Position numbers and translations under genes: made by a program. DNA of 64,000 nt from Candidatus Methanomethylophilaceae archaeon (lineage in GTDB: Archaea; Thermoplasmatota; Thermoplasmata; Methanomassiliicoccales; Methanomethylophilaceae): NCBI GenBank assembly GCA_017524805.1, contig JAFXUX010000006.1, positions 389 to 64,388 of the forward strand. Direction: 5' to 3'. The notes below the pieces were generated by a model. It made no database searches. It saw only the letters and a list, made by a program, of their open reading frames with translations, and had not been told where the DNA came from. Positions within the stretch are counted from its first letter, which is position 1. Every line of letters begins with the position of its first letter. Shown piece by piece: positions 46,350 to 58,185 of the stretch.

Positions 46350-49300
46350 AAGCAATCCACGCGGCCTTCCTGGCGATGCTCGCCATAACCATTCTGGCCT
46401 CTGCCTTGGCATACGATCATATCGACGCGGAAACGCTGCCGACCGGCGACGTCGTGATTTCCGGCGACGTCTATCTCGACGGCGACGTGCGCATCGAAAG
46501 CGGCTCCGACGTCATCATCATGGACGGGGCCAGCATCGACATCTCGGATCATACCGTGACTATCGGCCAGGGATCCAAAGCCCTTGTGCTGGGGTCGGCG
46601 TCAGTCTCGAGCTCGGGCGGCAGCATCATACTGGAAAGCGGGGTTCCGTTATCCATACTCGACATCCCCCTGTTCCGCATGGAAGGGGACATAACAGTCA
46701 CCTTCGATGGGACCATATCGCTGAGCCTGGATCCTCTGCTGGGAACGCTGAGATTGGGATTCCAGCCGTCCGGCTCCGACAAATCCATCCATCTGTCGCA
46801 AGGCAGCAGAACCTTGGCGCTGGAGAAACCGGGCCTGACAGCGAAGATGGGCATCGGAAACGTGGACATAACGGTCGGATTCTCTAAGATCGTCCTTACC
46901 GAGGAGAAGAGAGACGGCAATTCCTTGGTGAGCAGGACCGCGACGACCATAACATCAAGCAACCCGGAAGATTCCTTGGAGTTCGTCCTCTACCTGATAG
47001 ACGAAGGATACGGCGACTTCTATCTCAAAGACATCAACATCAGGAGCGTGGAGATGTCCACATACCACGCCGAAAGCAGGATCACCACATCCTGGTCGCT
47101 GTCCGGATTCCATCACCTGAGCGTCTCCCTGAGCGGAAGCGGCATAATTTCCGTGAGTTCGGCGATAGACAAAGCGACATTCGAAAGGAGCAGAGACGGC
47201 ATCGTCGAAAGCAGAACAGTTCTGAACTCAATAAACTGGGATGTCGACCTGGACCTGATCAGACTCTTCCAGATGCTGGAAGCCGTCATATTCGGGGGAG
47301 ACAAGATCGAAGTCTCTGACATGATCAAGGATGTGACGGTCGCCATAAAGTCCATTTCGATAGACGACCGCGAGAAAGACATCAGAAAGAATCTGACCGG
47401 CTTCCGCTTCGAACTGCAGAGGGACGCTCCCGCGGAATTCCGCAACGTCATCGTATGGAAGGACGGGGACACATCCTATAGGCTGGCTTTCTCCGGGGTC
47501 ATCCTCAACTCTATCGGCATAGGAACCGATTTCATGATGGACCTGGACGTCTCGGTGGCGGATGCCAGATTGGATGTCGTGCCTTCCCAAGGACCAAAGA
47601 CGGCGGCGACTGCGACGGACCTGGATTTTGAGATAAACGATCTGGATCTGCCCGGGCTTCTCTCTGTCCTATCCAGAACGGGAGAGATCGATATCCAGCA
47701 GATTCTGGACCATTGCCTGCGCTTGCGCCTGTCCGCATCCTCGATGGCATACTCCAAGGACGGCCAAACGATCGCCGCCCGCGGCATCAGCATGTCCCTC
47801 GAAAAGGATGTCAGAGGGCGCAGCACATTTGCTCTCGGTTTCAGCAGCATAAAAGGCTCCGCCATTCTGGAAGACGGCGGATACCTCAGCATGGACATCG
47901 GGAAGACGGCGGCATCCCTAACCACCGACGGCTCCCTCGCAGAATACATAGACGCGCTCAGATCTGTCCCGCACATATCCGGAGACTCGGACCTTGCCAT
48001 ACAGATAAAAACGGAATCGGTAAGAATCGACTTCGAAGATGCCGGCGGATCAGCCTCGGTCTCGAGCAGACCAGTAACCGCGAACCCTTCCGCCATCTCT
48101 CTGGATCTGTCGGTCAGGCATACCGCGTACAAGGACATAACCGGCCTGAGCGGCAGCTTTTTGGCCGTCGGGCACGAGATCACTGCGAAAGAGCACGATG
48201 CCGAGAAAGGCTTGGACCTGGTCGCCATCATAACCGATCCCGACCTCACCCTGAACGGAGCAGACCTCGGTTCTCTGGCCGCGATCCGCGAGGAAACAGG
48301 GAAGATAAGCGTGCTGGACATCGCCGACAACATCGACAGCGCCGAACTCCTCGCCCGCTACGCAGATGTGAGAGCCGATGGCAGCCGCATCAAACTCGCA
48401 TCCCCTGAAATCAGAGCCGGAGCGATCAGAAGCTATTCGGTCGGCATAAGCGCGGATTCTATGTCCGCTGACGCCTCTGCGGCGGGGCTCTCCATTAAAT
48501 CTGGATCGGCCTCGCTTTCATTTTCGTCCAGCATCTCGTTCAGCACCCTTCAGAAGGCTTTCTCCGACGGATTCAGATTCGATTCCGACGTCTCCATCTC
48601 GTTCGAAGGGACCGTGACCGACGCCGAAGCTAAATACGCCGGCGATTCCCTCACCGCAGTTATATCCAACAGCGGGTCGCCTACGTTGGAGATCGATCTG
48701 TCTTATGAGCGCTCGGAAAGATGGGGCATATCCGCCCTTACTGCCGAACTGTATGCCAATGGATACGGGATCGAAGCCGATGGAAGCGACAAAAACGGAG
48801 AAAGATTCGCCGTATCCCTGCAGGATCCGGAAGCCGCCGTTAAGGATCTGGATGTCGATGCGCTCTCCGCCGCGAAAGAGGCCGGAGAGATAGATGTCTT
48901 CGACGTTCTGGACAATACCGGTAGGGCCGACATCGACGCATCATCCGCGAGCATGAATTACAGAGGCTATGAGATAACCGTCAGATCGTTCGGCATCGAT
49001 ACGATCTCTTCGAACGTGTGCAGCGCATCCCTAGCGGCCAGCTCTCTGTCCGCTCTCGCGCCTGCTAAGACAGGAAACGTGAGCATCAAATCGGGGGCTT
49101 TGGATTTGAGAGTCTCATCCAACATGTCCTTCGCCGGGATCCGCGACGCCCTCCTCGAAGGCAAAGAATTCGAGCCGGGAGCCAAGATCGCGGCGGAAGC
49201 CAGCTTTGAAAGCCTCAACCTCAGCTATTCCGCCGACTTTGCCATTTCCATATCGGGCACGAGCGAAAAACCGACCTTGACTTTAGACGCCACCGCCGCC

Positions 49301-51952
49301 CGCCTGACGGATTCCTCTGAGACTCTGTCGGACATGGAAATCGTAGCAACAGGCTATCGCATAATAGTTGACTCGGCTGGATCCGATGGGACCGCGATGA
49401 ACGCGCGCATAGACGACCCCTCTGCCTCAGTCAAAGGCCTGGATATCGATGCGGTGCGCTCCGAATTCGAAGAGAGCGGGAAACTTACCTTGGACATGCT
49501 GGATCATTGCGAGTCGGCGCGCATCCAAGCCGCAAGCCTTTCCGTCGATGCGAAAGGAGAAAGGACTTTCCAGGCAGATGCCGCCGCGCCCTCGCTTATC
49601 GTCGGGACCGGCGCGGAAAGCAGCGCCCGCTTTGAATCAGGGACTTTGGAGATTTCAGCATCCTTGGATGAAGGTAAATTGAGCATGAACTCTTCCGCGA
49701 TGGAAGCGGCCGCATCCTCTAACCTGTCATTCGCAGACATCATGGCCATCATCGGCGGCGACCTGAAACCCGGCTCGGATTCGGAAGCTGCTGTGAGCTT
49801 ATCCATGACGGACCTATCTGCAGACTATGCGGACGAGAAAATCAAAATATCACTCGGCAGAAGCGCATCGGCCTCAGCAACGATGACGCTGGACGCGACC
49901 GTCAGGGGCGAGGATGATTCCGGCGACATCTTCCTGTGGGCAGACCTTTCAGCCAAAGGGTACGCCATGAGGTTCGACAGCTCCGGCGTTTCCTACGGCA
50001 AAGTCCCCGTCAAAGGCGACAAACTGCATATTGAATCCCGCGACATCAACCTCTCTGCGTCAGAGCTGAATCTGAGCGAGCTCCGCAGGATATATGACGA
50101 GACTGATAAGATCAAAATCCAGCAGATCATTGACAGCTGCTCCTCGCTGAGCCTATCTGCCGAGCATGCCGAATTGGAATGGGATGGGGACGGGAAATCC
50201 GACGCCATCATGGAAAAGAGCGAAGCGAACGCCTCCAAGGATGGGAACGGAATTTCGACTGTCACCATGGGCGTCGAAAAAGCGGCGGCGTCCATTCCCT
50301 TGGAGGGGCGCATGGCGGACATCCAATCGAACAGGACCGAGATATCGCTGTCTTCGAGCATCCCGATCTCCGAGTTGGTGGAGCTAATCATCGACGGGCT
50401 GGATTTCAAGAAGGATACGTCCGTAAGAATATCCGCCGAGACGGATGGAATCCGGATTGCGGCCGAAATGGAGAAGGGAGATGTGTCCTTGGAATTGTCT
50501 CCGAAAGAGAATCCCGGCGACGCGATAGCTAAGGCGGAGATCGCTCTGGATCACTCGGAATCTTCCGGCAGCACGACGATAGACGGGAAGATCGATGCGC
50601 TCGGATACAGAACAACAATAAATATGGTCCTGAGCCAGAAGTTCTCCGGGAAGCTCTCGGACCTGCCGTTCCCTGTCGGGGAAGGATCGGCCATCGCGAT
50701 GGGATTCGACGATCTGAGCGTGGATTTGGCCGGATTCGATGCTGCAACCGCTTACGAGCTGCTGTCCGAATACGGATCTCTGACCGCCCAACAGATCTTG
50801 GACTGCTGCGATCGGATGGGAATCGGAGCCTCGGACGCGTCCATCGACATCAACGGCGACGGCGAAATCGAACTGGCAACCAGAAATTCCCAGGCCACAT
50901 TGAGCAAGAACAAAGGGCAGAACATGATTTCGTTCAATTTCGACTGGCTGAAGACCTCGATGGAGATGAGCGAAGCAGAGATCAGAGCCCAGCTTGGCGC
51001 CTCGGAGATCCTTCTCTTCACTGAAGGATCGATCTCGGAATGCATAGACGCGCTATTCAGCGGCGTCAACTTCTCCTCCGACACGCGCGCAGAACTGCAC
51101 ATATCCAACGAGGCCGCCGTGATCGAATGCCTCAAGGAAGAGGACTGCCTGACGATGACCAACGCGAATCTGCGCGAGAACTCTCCGAAATACGTTACCG
51201 TAGTGATGTCTCTGGAATACTCGAGCTACAGAGACCAGACCACATTGGTGGGGAAGATCTCGTCCATAGGACACTCCGTAACGTTGAAAGACAGGTCTGC
51301 CGTCAACGACGAGGGCGGGATTCTGGACCTGTCCTTCAGGACCGATGAGGTCTCGGGCGGATTCGAAATGGTATATGGAGATGGCATCGGATTCTCCGCG
51401 AACCTCTGCATGCCTTGGAAAGCGGAATTCGGGTATTACGACGTGCAGTTCCAGATGGAAAGCGGCGAATCCGTGGTCTCTTTGACCCGCGGCAATCTGG
51501 CCGTCGACGGATATGACCATAGGAAGCAAGGCCTTCTTGCCGTCGTTCCCGCGATAAAGAGCAGCAGCTTCGCCTTCGAGAACAGGGTTCTCATGTCATC
51601 CGATTCGATGCGCGTCCTCAGAAGCGGAACCGGCGAAGTGATCAGCTCGTACGGAGACGCGGAGCTCGACGTGGAGAAGGTCAAAGCGGATCTGAGAAGG
51701 GGAGATACCCTGAACGTGATCTTGGAGAGACTGGACATCCGCATAACCGATCAGGACGGAAAAGTCACCGAAAGGTCGCTGGAAAGGCTTGACGTAACCA
51801 CGGACCAAAGCGGAGCTGAACCAGAGAAGAGCTGGGTGGAAAAGAACTCCCTCCTTCTGGCCGCGGTCTTCATAGCGGCGTCGATCGCCATGATAGCAGC
51901 TTTGATCATCATCCGCATGAAAAACCGTGAACCGCCGGAGACAGAGGGATGA
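46346..51952 (+). CDS. giant (1868 aa) acidic, S/A/D-rich surface protein with signal peptide, six ~200-aa repeats and a C-terminal TM anchor
   Basis: The real start is MKAIHAAFLAMLAITILASALA, preceded by aggagga. The upstream part of ORF 46049..51952 overlaps the MFS gene out of frame. The C-terminus is LLLAAVFIAASIAMIAALIIIRMKNRE. Confidence 0.8.
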   Translation: MKAIHAAFLAMLAITILASALAYDHIDAETLPTGDVVISGDVYLDGDVRIESGSDVIIMDGASIDISDHTVTIGQGSKALVLGSASVSSSGGSIILESGVPLSILDIPLFRMEGDITVTFDGTISLSLDPLLGTLRLGFQPSGSDKSIHLSQGSRTLALEKPGLTAKMGIGNVDITVGFSKIVLTEEKRDGNSLVSRTATTITSSNPEDSLEFVLYLIDEGYGDFYLKDINIRSVEMSTYHAESRITTSWSLSGFHHLSVSLSGSGIISVSSAIDKATFERSRDGIVESRTVLNSINWDVDLDLIRLFQMLEAVIFGGDKIEVSDMIKDVTVAIKSISIDDREKDIRKNLTGFRFELQRDAPAEFRNVIVWKDGDTSYRLAFSGVILNSIGIGTDFMMDLDVSVADARLDVVPSQGPKTAATATDLDFEINDLDLPGLLSVLSRTGEIDIQQILDHCLRLRLSASSMAYSKDGQTIAARGISMSLEKDVRGRSTFALGFSSIKGSAILEDGGYLSMDIGKTAASLTTDGSLAEYIDALRSVPHISGDSDLAIQIKTESVRIDFEDAGGSASVSSRPVTANPSAISLDLSVRHTAYKDITGLSGSFLAVGHEITAKEHDAEKGLDLVAIITDPDLTLNGADLGSLAAIREETGKISVLDIADNIDSAELLARYADVRADGSRIKLASPEIRAGAIRSYSVGISADSMSADASAAGLSIKSGSASLSFSSSISFSTLQKAFSDGFRFDSDVSISFEGTVTDAEAKYAGDSLTAVISNSGSPTLEIDLSYERSERWGISALTAELYANGYGIEADGSDKNGERFAVSLQDPEAAVKDLDVDALSAAKEAGEIDVFDVLDNTGRADIDASSASMNYRGYEITVRSFGIDTISSNVCSASLAASSLSALAPAKTGNVSIKSGALDLRVSSNMSFAGIRDALLEGKEFEPGAKIAAEASFESLNLSYSADFAISISGTSEKPTLTLDATAARLTDSSETLSDMEIVATGYRIIVDSAGSDGTAMNARIDDPSASVKGLDIDAVRSEFEESGKLTLDMLDHCESARIQAASLSVDAKGERTFQADAAAPSLIVGTGAESSARFESGTLEISASLDEGKLSMNSSAMEAAASSNLSFADIMAIIGGDLKPGSDSEAAVSLSMTDLSADYADEKIKISLGRSASASATMTLDATVRGEDDSGDIFLWADLSAKGYAMRFDSSGVSYGKVPVKGDKLHIESRDINLSASELNLSELRRIYDETDKIKIQQIIDSCSSLSLSAEHAELEWDGDGKSDAIMEKSEANASKDGNGISTVTMGVEKAAASIPLEGRMADIQSNRTEISLSSSIPISELVELIIDGLDFKKDTSVRISAETDGIRIAAEMEKGDVSLELSPKENPGDAIAKAEIALDHSESSGSTTIDGKIDALGYRTTINMVLSQKFSGKLSDLPFPVGEGSAIAMGFDDLSVDLAGFDAATAYELLSEYGSLTAQQILDCCDRMGIGASDASIDINGDGEIELATRNSQATLSKNKGQNMISFNFDWLKTSMEMSEAEIRAQLGASEILLFTEGSISECIDALFSGVNFSSDTRAELHISNEAAVIECLKEEDCLTMTNANLRENSPKYVTVVMSLEYSSYRDQTTLVGKISSIGHSVTLKDRSAVNDEGGILDLSFRTDEVSGGFEMVYGDGIGFSANLCMPWKAEFGYYDVQFQMESGESVVSLTRGNLAVDGYDHRKQGLLAVVPAIKSSSFAFENRVLMSSDSMRVLRSGTGEVISSYGDAELDVEKVKADLRRGDTLNVILERLDIRITDQDGKVTERSLERLDVTTDQSGAEPEKSWVEKNSLLLAAVFIAASIAMIAALIIIRMKNREPPETEG
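47681..50810 (+). repeat. six divergent ~585-670-nt coding repeats inside the giant ORF
   Basis: A recurring anchor motif starts at 47681, 48299, 48884, 49478, 50105 and 50774. The six instances are GEIDIQQILDHC, GKISVLDIADNI, GEIDVFDVLDNT, GKLTLDMLDHC, DKIKIQQIIDSC and GSLTAQQILDCC. Each is preceded by a DLD/ELN-h-x-x-h segment. Confidence 0.75.
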
Positions 51953-52009
51953 TCCCCGATCGGAGAATGCCCCCAACGGTTTATATCGCCGAAACCATGG
52001 GCGCTAACG

Positions 52010-52675
52010 ATGGAAACCGTCGACCGCACGAACGGAAGGGTATTCTCCGATAGGGGCCGCCTGTACACGGAATCGCTTTTCCCAGGCAAGAGAATCTATG
52101 GCGAAAGGCTGGTGAGCGCCTACGGGACCGAATACAGGGAATGGGATCCCAGAAGAAGCAAGCTTTCGGCATACCTCTCAGCCGGCGGAAGATCTTTCCC
52201 GTTCCATGCGGACAGCAAAGTCCTCTATCTGGGCGCATCCAGCGGAACCACCGCATCCCATGTGGCGGACATATGCCCTGATGGGAAGGTCTTCTGCGTG
52301 GAATTCGCCCAGAGGATGTTCAGAGAACTGGTCTCGACGTGCGAAACCAGGCCCAATATGATGCCGATCCTTGGCGACGCCACCAAACCGGACGGATATT
52401 CCATGTTCGTGGGCTCGGCCGACATAGTCTATCAGGACGTGGCCCAGAAGAGGCAGGCAGATATCATCTGCGACAACATGGACGCTTTTGGCTCGCAATA
52501 CGGGATGGTTGCCATCAAAGCCCGTTCGGAAGACGTCACAGCGTCCCCGGAAAGCATATTCGCCGCCGCTGAAGGCAGAATAAAGGAGAGAGGATTCCGC
52601 ATCATAGACGCGCGTTCTTTGGAGCCGTATGAGAAATCCCACGAGATGATCGTCTTCGAGAGGAAAAGCCCATGA
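52010..52675 (+). CDS. flpA: fibrillarin-like 2'-O-methyltransferase
   Basis: …YREWDPRRSKLSAYL…VLYLGASSGTTASHVADI…IVYQDVAQ…. Confidence 0.92.
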   Translation: METVDRTNGRVFSDRGRLYTESLFPGKRIYGERLVSAYGTEYREWDPRRSKLSAYLSAGGRSFPFHADSKVLYLGASSGTTASHVADICPDGKVFCVEFAQRMFRELVSTCETRPNMMPILGDATKPDGYSMFVGSADIVYQDVAQKRQADIICDNMDAFGSQYGMVAIKARSEDVTASPESIFAAAEGRIKERGFRIIDARSLEPYEKSHEMIVFERKSP

Positions 52676-53130
52676 GAACGGCGTATGCGGTGGCGTTCGA
52701 GGGGGACCGGTTCCTGATGGTCTGGAACCCGCGCCGCGGCGGATGGGAGATGCCGGGAGGCCACGTGGAAGAGGGCGAGACCTCCGAGGAAGCCGCCGCC
52801 AGGGAGTTCGAGGAGGAAGCCGGATATTCGATAGAAATCGTTGCCACCAGGGATCTGGGGCCTTGCGATGTATGCGCTGCGATAATTAAATCCAAAACCG
52901 GAAATCCCTGCGAGATGAGATCAGAGCTGTTCTCCGAACTCCCCGAGACGCTTTCGTTCGGCAGGGAAGAATACGAGGATACCGTCCCTTGGGCAAGAGA
53001 GATGCTGAAAATACGATTTCAAATCAATTTTCGGACTGCTCCAGACGCCGAAAAAAACATCGGTAATGAGCCGCCGGAGGACATCTGTTGGATGGGTGAA
53101 GCAGATGTGAGAGGCAACGTTACATCCTGA
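52672..53130 (+). CDS. NUDIX hydrolase
   Basis: Nudix box GGHVEEGETSEEAAAREFEEEAGY. ATGA overlap with the flpA stop. Confidence 0.85.
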   Translation: MRTAYAVAFEGDRFLMVWNPRRGGWEMPGGHVEEGETSEEAAAREFEEEAGYSIEIVATRDLGPCDVCAAIIKSKTGNPCEMRSELFSELPETLSFGREEYEDTVPWAREMLKIRFQINFRTAPDAEKNIGNEPPEDICWMGEADVRGNVTS

Positions 53131-53188
53131 GTTGGCATATTATTTTCTACTTGTCCAGACGTTACTTTTTTCAAACGGGGCTGATGCC

Positions 53189-53593
53189 ATGAAAGGGAAT
53201 AATATAGCGATTATCGCCGTGACTGCGGTTATAATCGTCATAATACTCGCATATTGTATGTTCACCTACGGCGACAACGACCGTAACGACCAATCCAACG
53301 GGGCCTCACCGGTAGAGCTGACCTTCTCCATCGATGATTCGAAGCTGAAGGTTGTCTGCGGAGACAGGGAAATCAAGGACAAAGACGTGATCACGTTCGA
53401 AGAGGATTCTTCTCTGACTGTGACAACGCTCGACGGACAGAGACATACCATAGGCTACGCCGGCAGCTGGCAGAACGACGCAGGCATGGGCGAAAGCAGC
53501 AGCGCCAGCGTGCTGACAAATAGCCTATCAATCCCCATCGATTGCGTCTACGGCGGCAAGGCCACAGGGAATATGAGCATAAGCTGCGACTGA
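53189..53593 (+). CDS. small N-terminally anchored hypothetical protein
   Basis: MKGNNIAIIAVTAVIIVIILAYCMF followed by a soluble domain. The ORF-track TTG start at 53132 is less likely. Confidence 0.5.
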   Translation: MKGNNIAIIAVTAVIIVIILAYCMFTYGDNDRNDQSNGASPVELTFSIDDSKLKVVCGDREIKDKDVITFEEDSSLTVTTLDGQRHTIGYAGSWQNDAGMGESSSASVLTNSLSIPIDCVYGGKATGNMSISCD

Positions 53594-53621
53594 GAATAGA
53601 TTGCACGGCTCCGTCTCATAG

Positions 53622-53640
53622 AGGGGCGGGGCCCTTTTTT
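53622..53640 (+). terminator. possible oligo-T terminator
   Basis: aggggcggggccc followed by six T at 53635..53640, 40 nt after the stop at 53593. Confidence 0.35.
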
Positions 53641-53881
53641 CAAACTGCTTGCTTCTTCGCACTTCTAATTACTGTGACAAGGTCGGAATCGATAAGACGA
53701 TGGAAGCGTCAGCGTGCAACGATTCCTGCTGGATCGCGGACCCGCAAAGAGATCTTGACGGATGCCTATGACCGCGGCATCGAAGAAGCTGTTACGAACA
53801 GCCGATATTAGTCGAAAAGATTACGTAATATTACGTGATTTTTTCATTATGCGGATCGAAAGGCCAATCCACCTCCAATAA

Positions 53882-55147
53882 TTGATCGACCGCCGCGATA
53901 ACGGTCTGATCAAAGTCATAACAGGGGTCCGCCGCTGCGGAAAAACGTACCTCGTCGAGATACTGTTCAGAGATTGGCTGATTGAAAATGGCGTGGATCC
54001 CAAAAACATCATATTCATATCGCTTGAAACGGGCCTTAATGCCCATCTCAGAAATCCCCTTACGCTTTCAGAGCACATTCACGACGCGATTGGCGGCTCC
54101 GACTCCAGAAAATACGTGATTATAGACGAGATACAGCTTTGCGCCAGCGTGGACAACCCATACCTTCCCCCAGAATCCCGCACTATAGAGAACATGATGA
54201 CGTTCTATGACGTCGTCTTAGGTCTGAGAGAAAAATGCGACATTTATGTCACCGGAAGCAATTCAAAAATGCTTTCCAAAGATGTCCTCTCCAGTTTCAG
54301 GGGCAGAACGGACGAAATACCCATAATTCCCCTGTCATTCTCTGAATTCCACTCTGCCCTCAGAGGGGACGTCAGGTCGGATTGGATGGAATGCCTCTAC
54401 CATGGAGGAATGCCTGGAACACTGCTATATCATGATGCCCCGTCCAAAAACAGGTACCTATCAAGTCTGTTCAATGAGATCTACCTCAAAGATATTCAGG
54501 AACGCTATGGAATCCATGGCATCGACGATCTGTCAGCGATCGTTGATGTTCTCGCCTCATCATCCGGAGGGTTGGTTAACCCGCAGAAAATCGCTGACTC
54601 CTTCCGGGACAGGAGCGTCAGCAGGAACACCGTGGCCAATTATATAGAGCATCTAGAGGACTCTTTCCTGATATCCGGATCCATGCGCTTCGATATCAGA
54701 GGGAGGAGGCACATAAACGGCCTAAAAAAGTATTATTTCACGGACGTGGGGCTGATGAACGCCAGACTCAATTTCAGGGAGATGTCGCGTGCAAAGCTCA
54801 TCGAAACCGTGGTGCATAACGAATTCCTGCTTCGTGGATGCAACGTAGATGTCCGAAGAATAGATGTCAGAAGAAGAAACGAAGAGGGAAAATCTGCGAT
54901 CATATCTCTGGAAATAGATTTCGTCGTCAACAGATCGTTCGATAGGGCTTACATACAAGCGGCCATGGGAGTGGATGACCCAGGAAAAATGGAGCAAGAG
55001 ACCAGATCGCTGAAGGCCATCAAGGATGGCTTCGCAAAGATCCTGCTGATAGATTCCGACGTCCCAGAGCATGTCACCGAGGATGGCATCAGGGTGATGT
55101 CCATCATAGATTTCCTGCTCGACGAGGGCTCCCTGAGATTCAACTGA
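53882..55147 (+). CDS. AAA ATPase with DUF4143-type C-terminus (COG1373-like), N-terminus interrupted by TAA
   Basis: VITGVRRCGKTYL (Walker A), VIIDEIQ (Walker B). The frame is continuous with ATG 53849 (MRIERPIHLQ) except for a taa at 53879..53881. A TTG follows directly at 53882. Confidence 0.78.
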   Translation: MIDRRDNGLIKVITGVRRCGKTYLVEILFRDWLIENGVDPKNIIFISLETGLNAHLRNPLTLSEHIHDAIGGSDSRKYVIIDEIQLCASVDNPYLPPESRTIENMMTFYDVVLGLREKCDIYVTGSNSKMLSKDVLSSFRGRTDEIPIIPLSFSEFHSALRGDVRSDWMECLYHGGMPGTLLYHDAPSKNRYLSSLFNEIYLKDIQERYGIHGIDDLSAIVDVLASSSGGLVNPQKIADSFRDRSVSRNTVANYIEHLEDSFLISGSMRFDIRGRRHINGLKKYYFTDVGLMNARLNFREMSRAKLIETVVHNEFLLRGCNVDVRRIDVRRRNEEGKSAIISLEIDFVVNRSFDRAYIQAAMGVDDPGKMEQETRSLKAIKDGFAKILLIDSDVPEHVTEDGIRVMSIIDFLLDEGSLRFN

Positions 55148-55264
55148 AAAAATCGCGTAATTATACAGATATTTTGAAACGCGGTGCATAGTCATATTTT
55201 AAATAGGGATTGCCCATAGCCACTGACAGCCTCGCCGCATAGATATGATTCGGAGGATCAGACT

Positions 55265-55716
55265 ATGGCAAGAATGCACACCAGAAGAAAGGGAAAATCC
55301 TGTTCCAAACACCCCATGGTTTCCGAGAACCCCGCATGGGTCACCCTCAGCGCCACCGAAATCGAGGACCTCATCGCGAAGCTCGCCAAGGATGGAATAG
55401 TTTCCGCTAAGATCGGGCTCATTCTCAGGGACCAGTACGGCGTCCCCGACGTGAAGCTCGCCACCGGAAAGACCATCACCAAAATCATGGAGGAGAAGAA
55501 CGTCATGCCCTCTCTTCCCGAAGACCTTTCCAACCTCATGAGACGCGCAATCTCCCTCAACGGCCACCTCAAGGAGAACAAGGGAGATATCTCCAACAAG
55601 AGAGGCCTCAACATGATCGAAGCTAAGATCAGGAGGCTCGAGCGCTACTACAAGAGGAACGGCGTCCTTCCCGCGGACTGGAAATATTCTCTTAAGAACG
55701 CGGAGCTCATGCTTAA

Positions 55717-55720
<4 letters not shown>
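55265..55720 (+). CDS. rps15: ribosomal protein S15 (uS15)
   Basis: MARMHTRRKGKSCSKHP…GLILRDQYGVPDVK…IRRLERYYK. Confidence 0.92.
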
Positions 55721-58039
<2,319 letters not shown>

Positions 58040-58123
58040 GGCCGATGGAAAGCCAGCGCCGTTATTATATCCTGCCCCCGGAACGACGTGTGCTGCCATA
58101 GATAGAACCGATCGGATGCTTTG

Positions 58124-58174
58124 TTTAACGCGATAAAACTTTTTGATTTTGAAAGTTTTATAGCGTTAAATTGC
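58124..58174 (+). repeat. 51-bp hairpin-forming element, copy 1 (upstream of the ATPase gene)
   Basis: tttaacgcgataaaactttttgattttgaaagttttatagcgttaaattgc. The 18-nt arms 58125..58142 and 58152..58169 pair 17/18 around a 9-nt loop. Confidence 0.9.
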
Positions 58175-58185
58175 ATTTTAGAACT

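Noticed and set aside
52010-52675. Fibrillarin without an adjacent nop5 gene
   Set aside because: The usual nop5-flpA pairing is absent here, because the upstream gene is the giant surface protein. nop5 may simply be elsewhere in the genome, which cannot be evaluated from one window.
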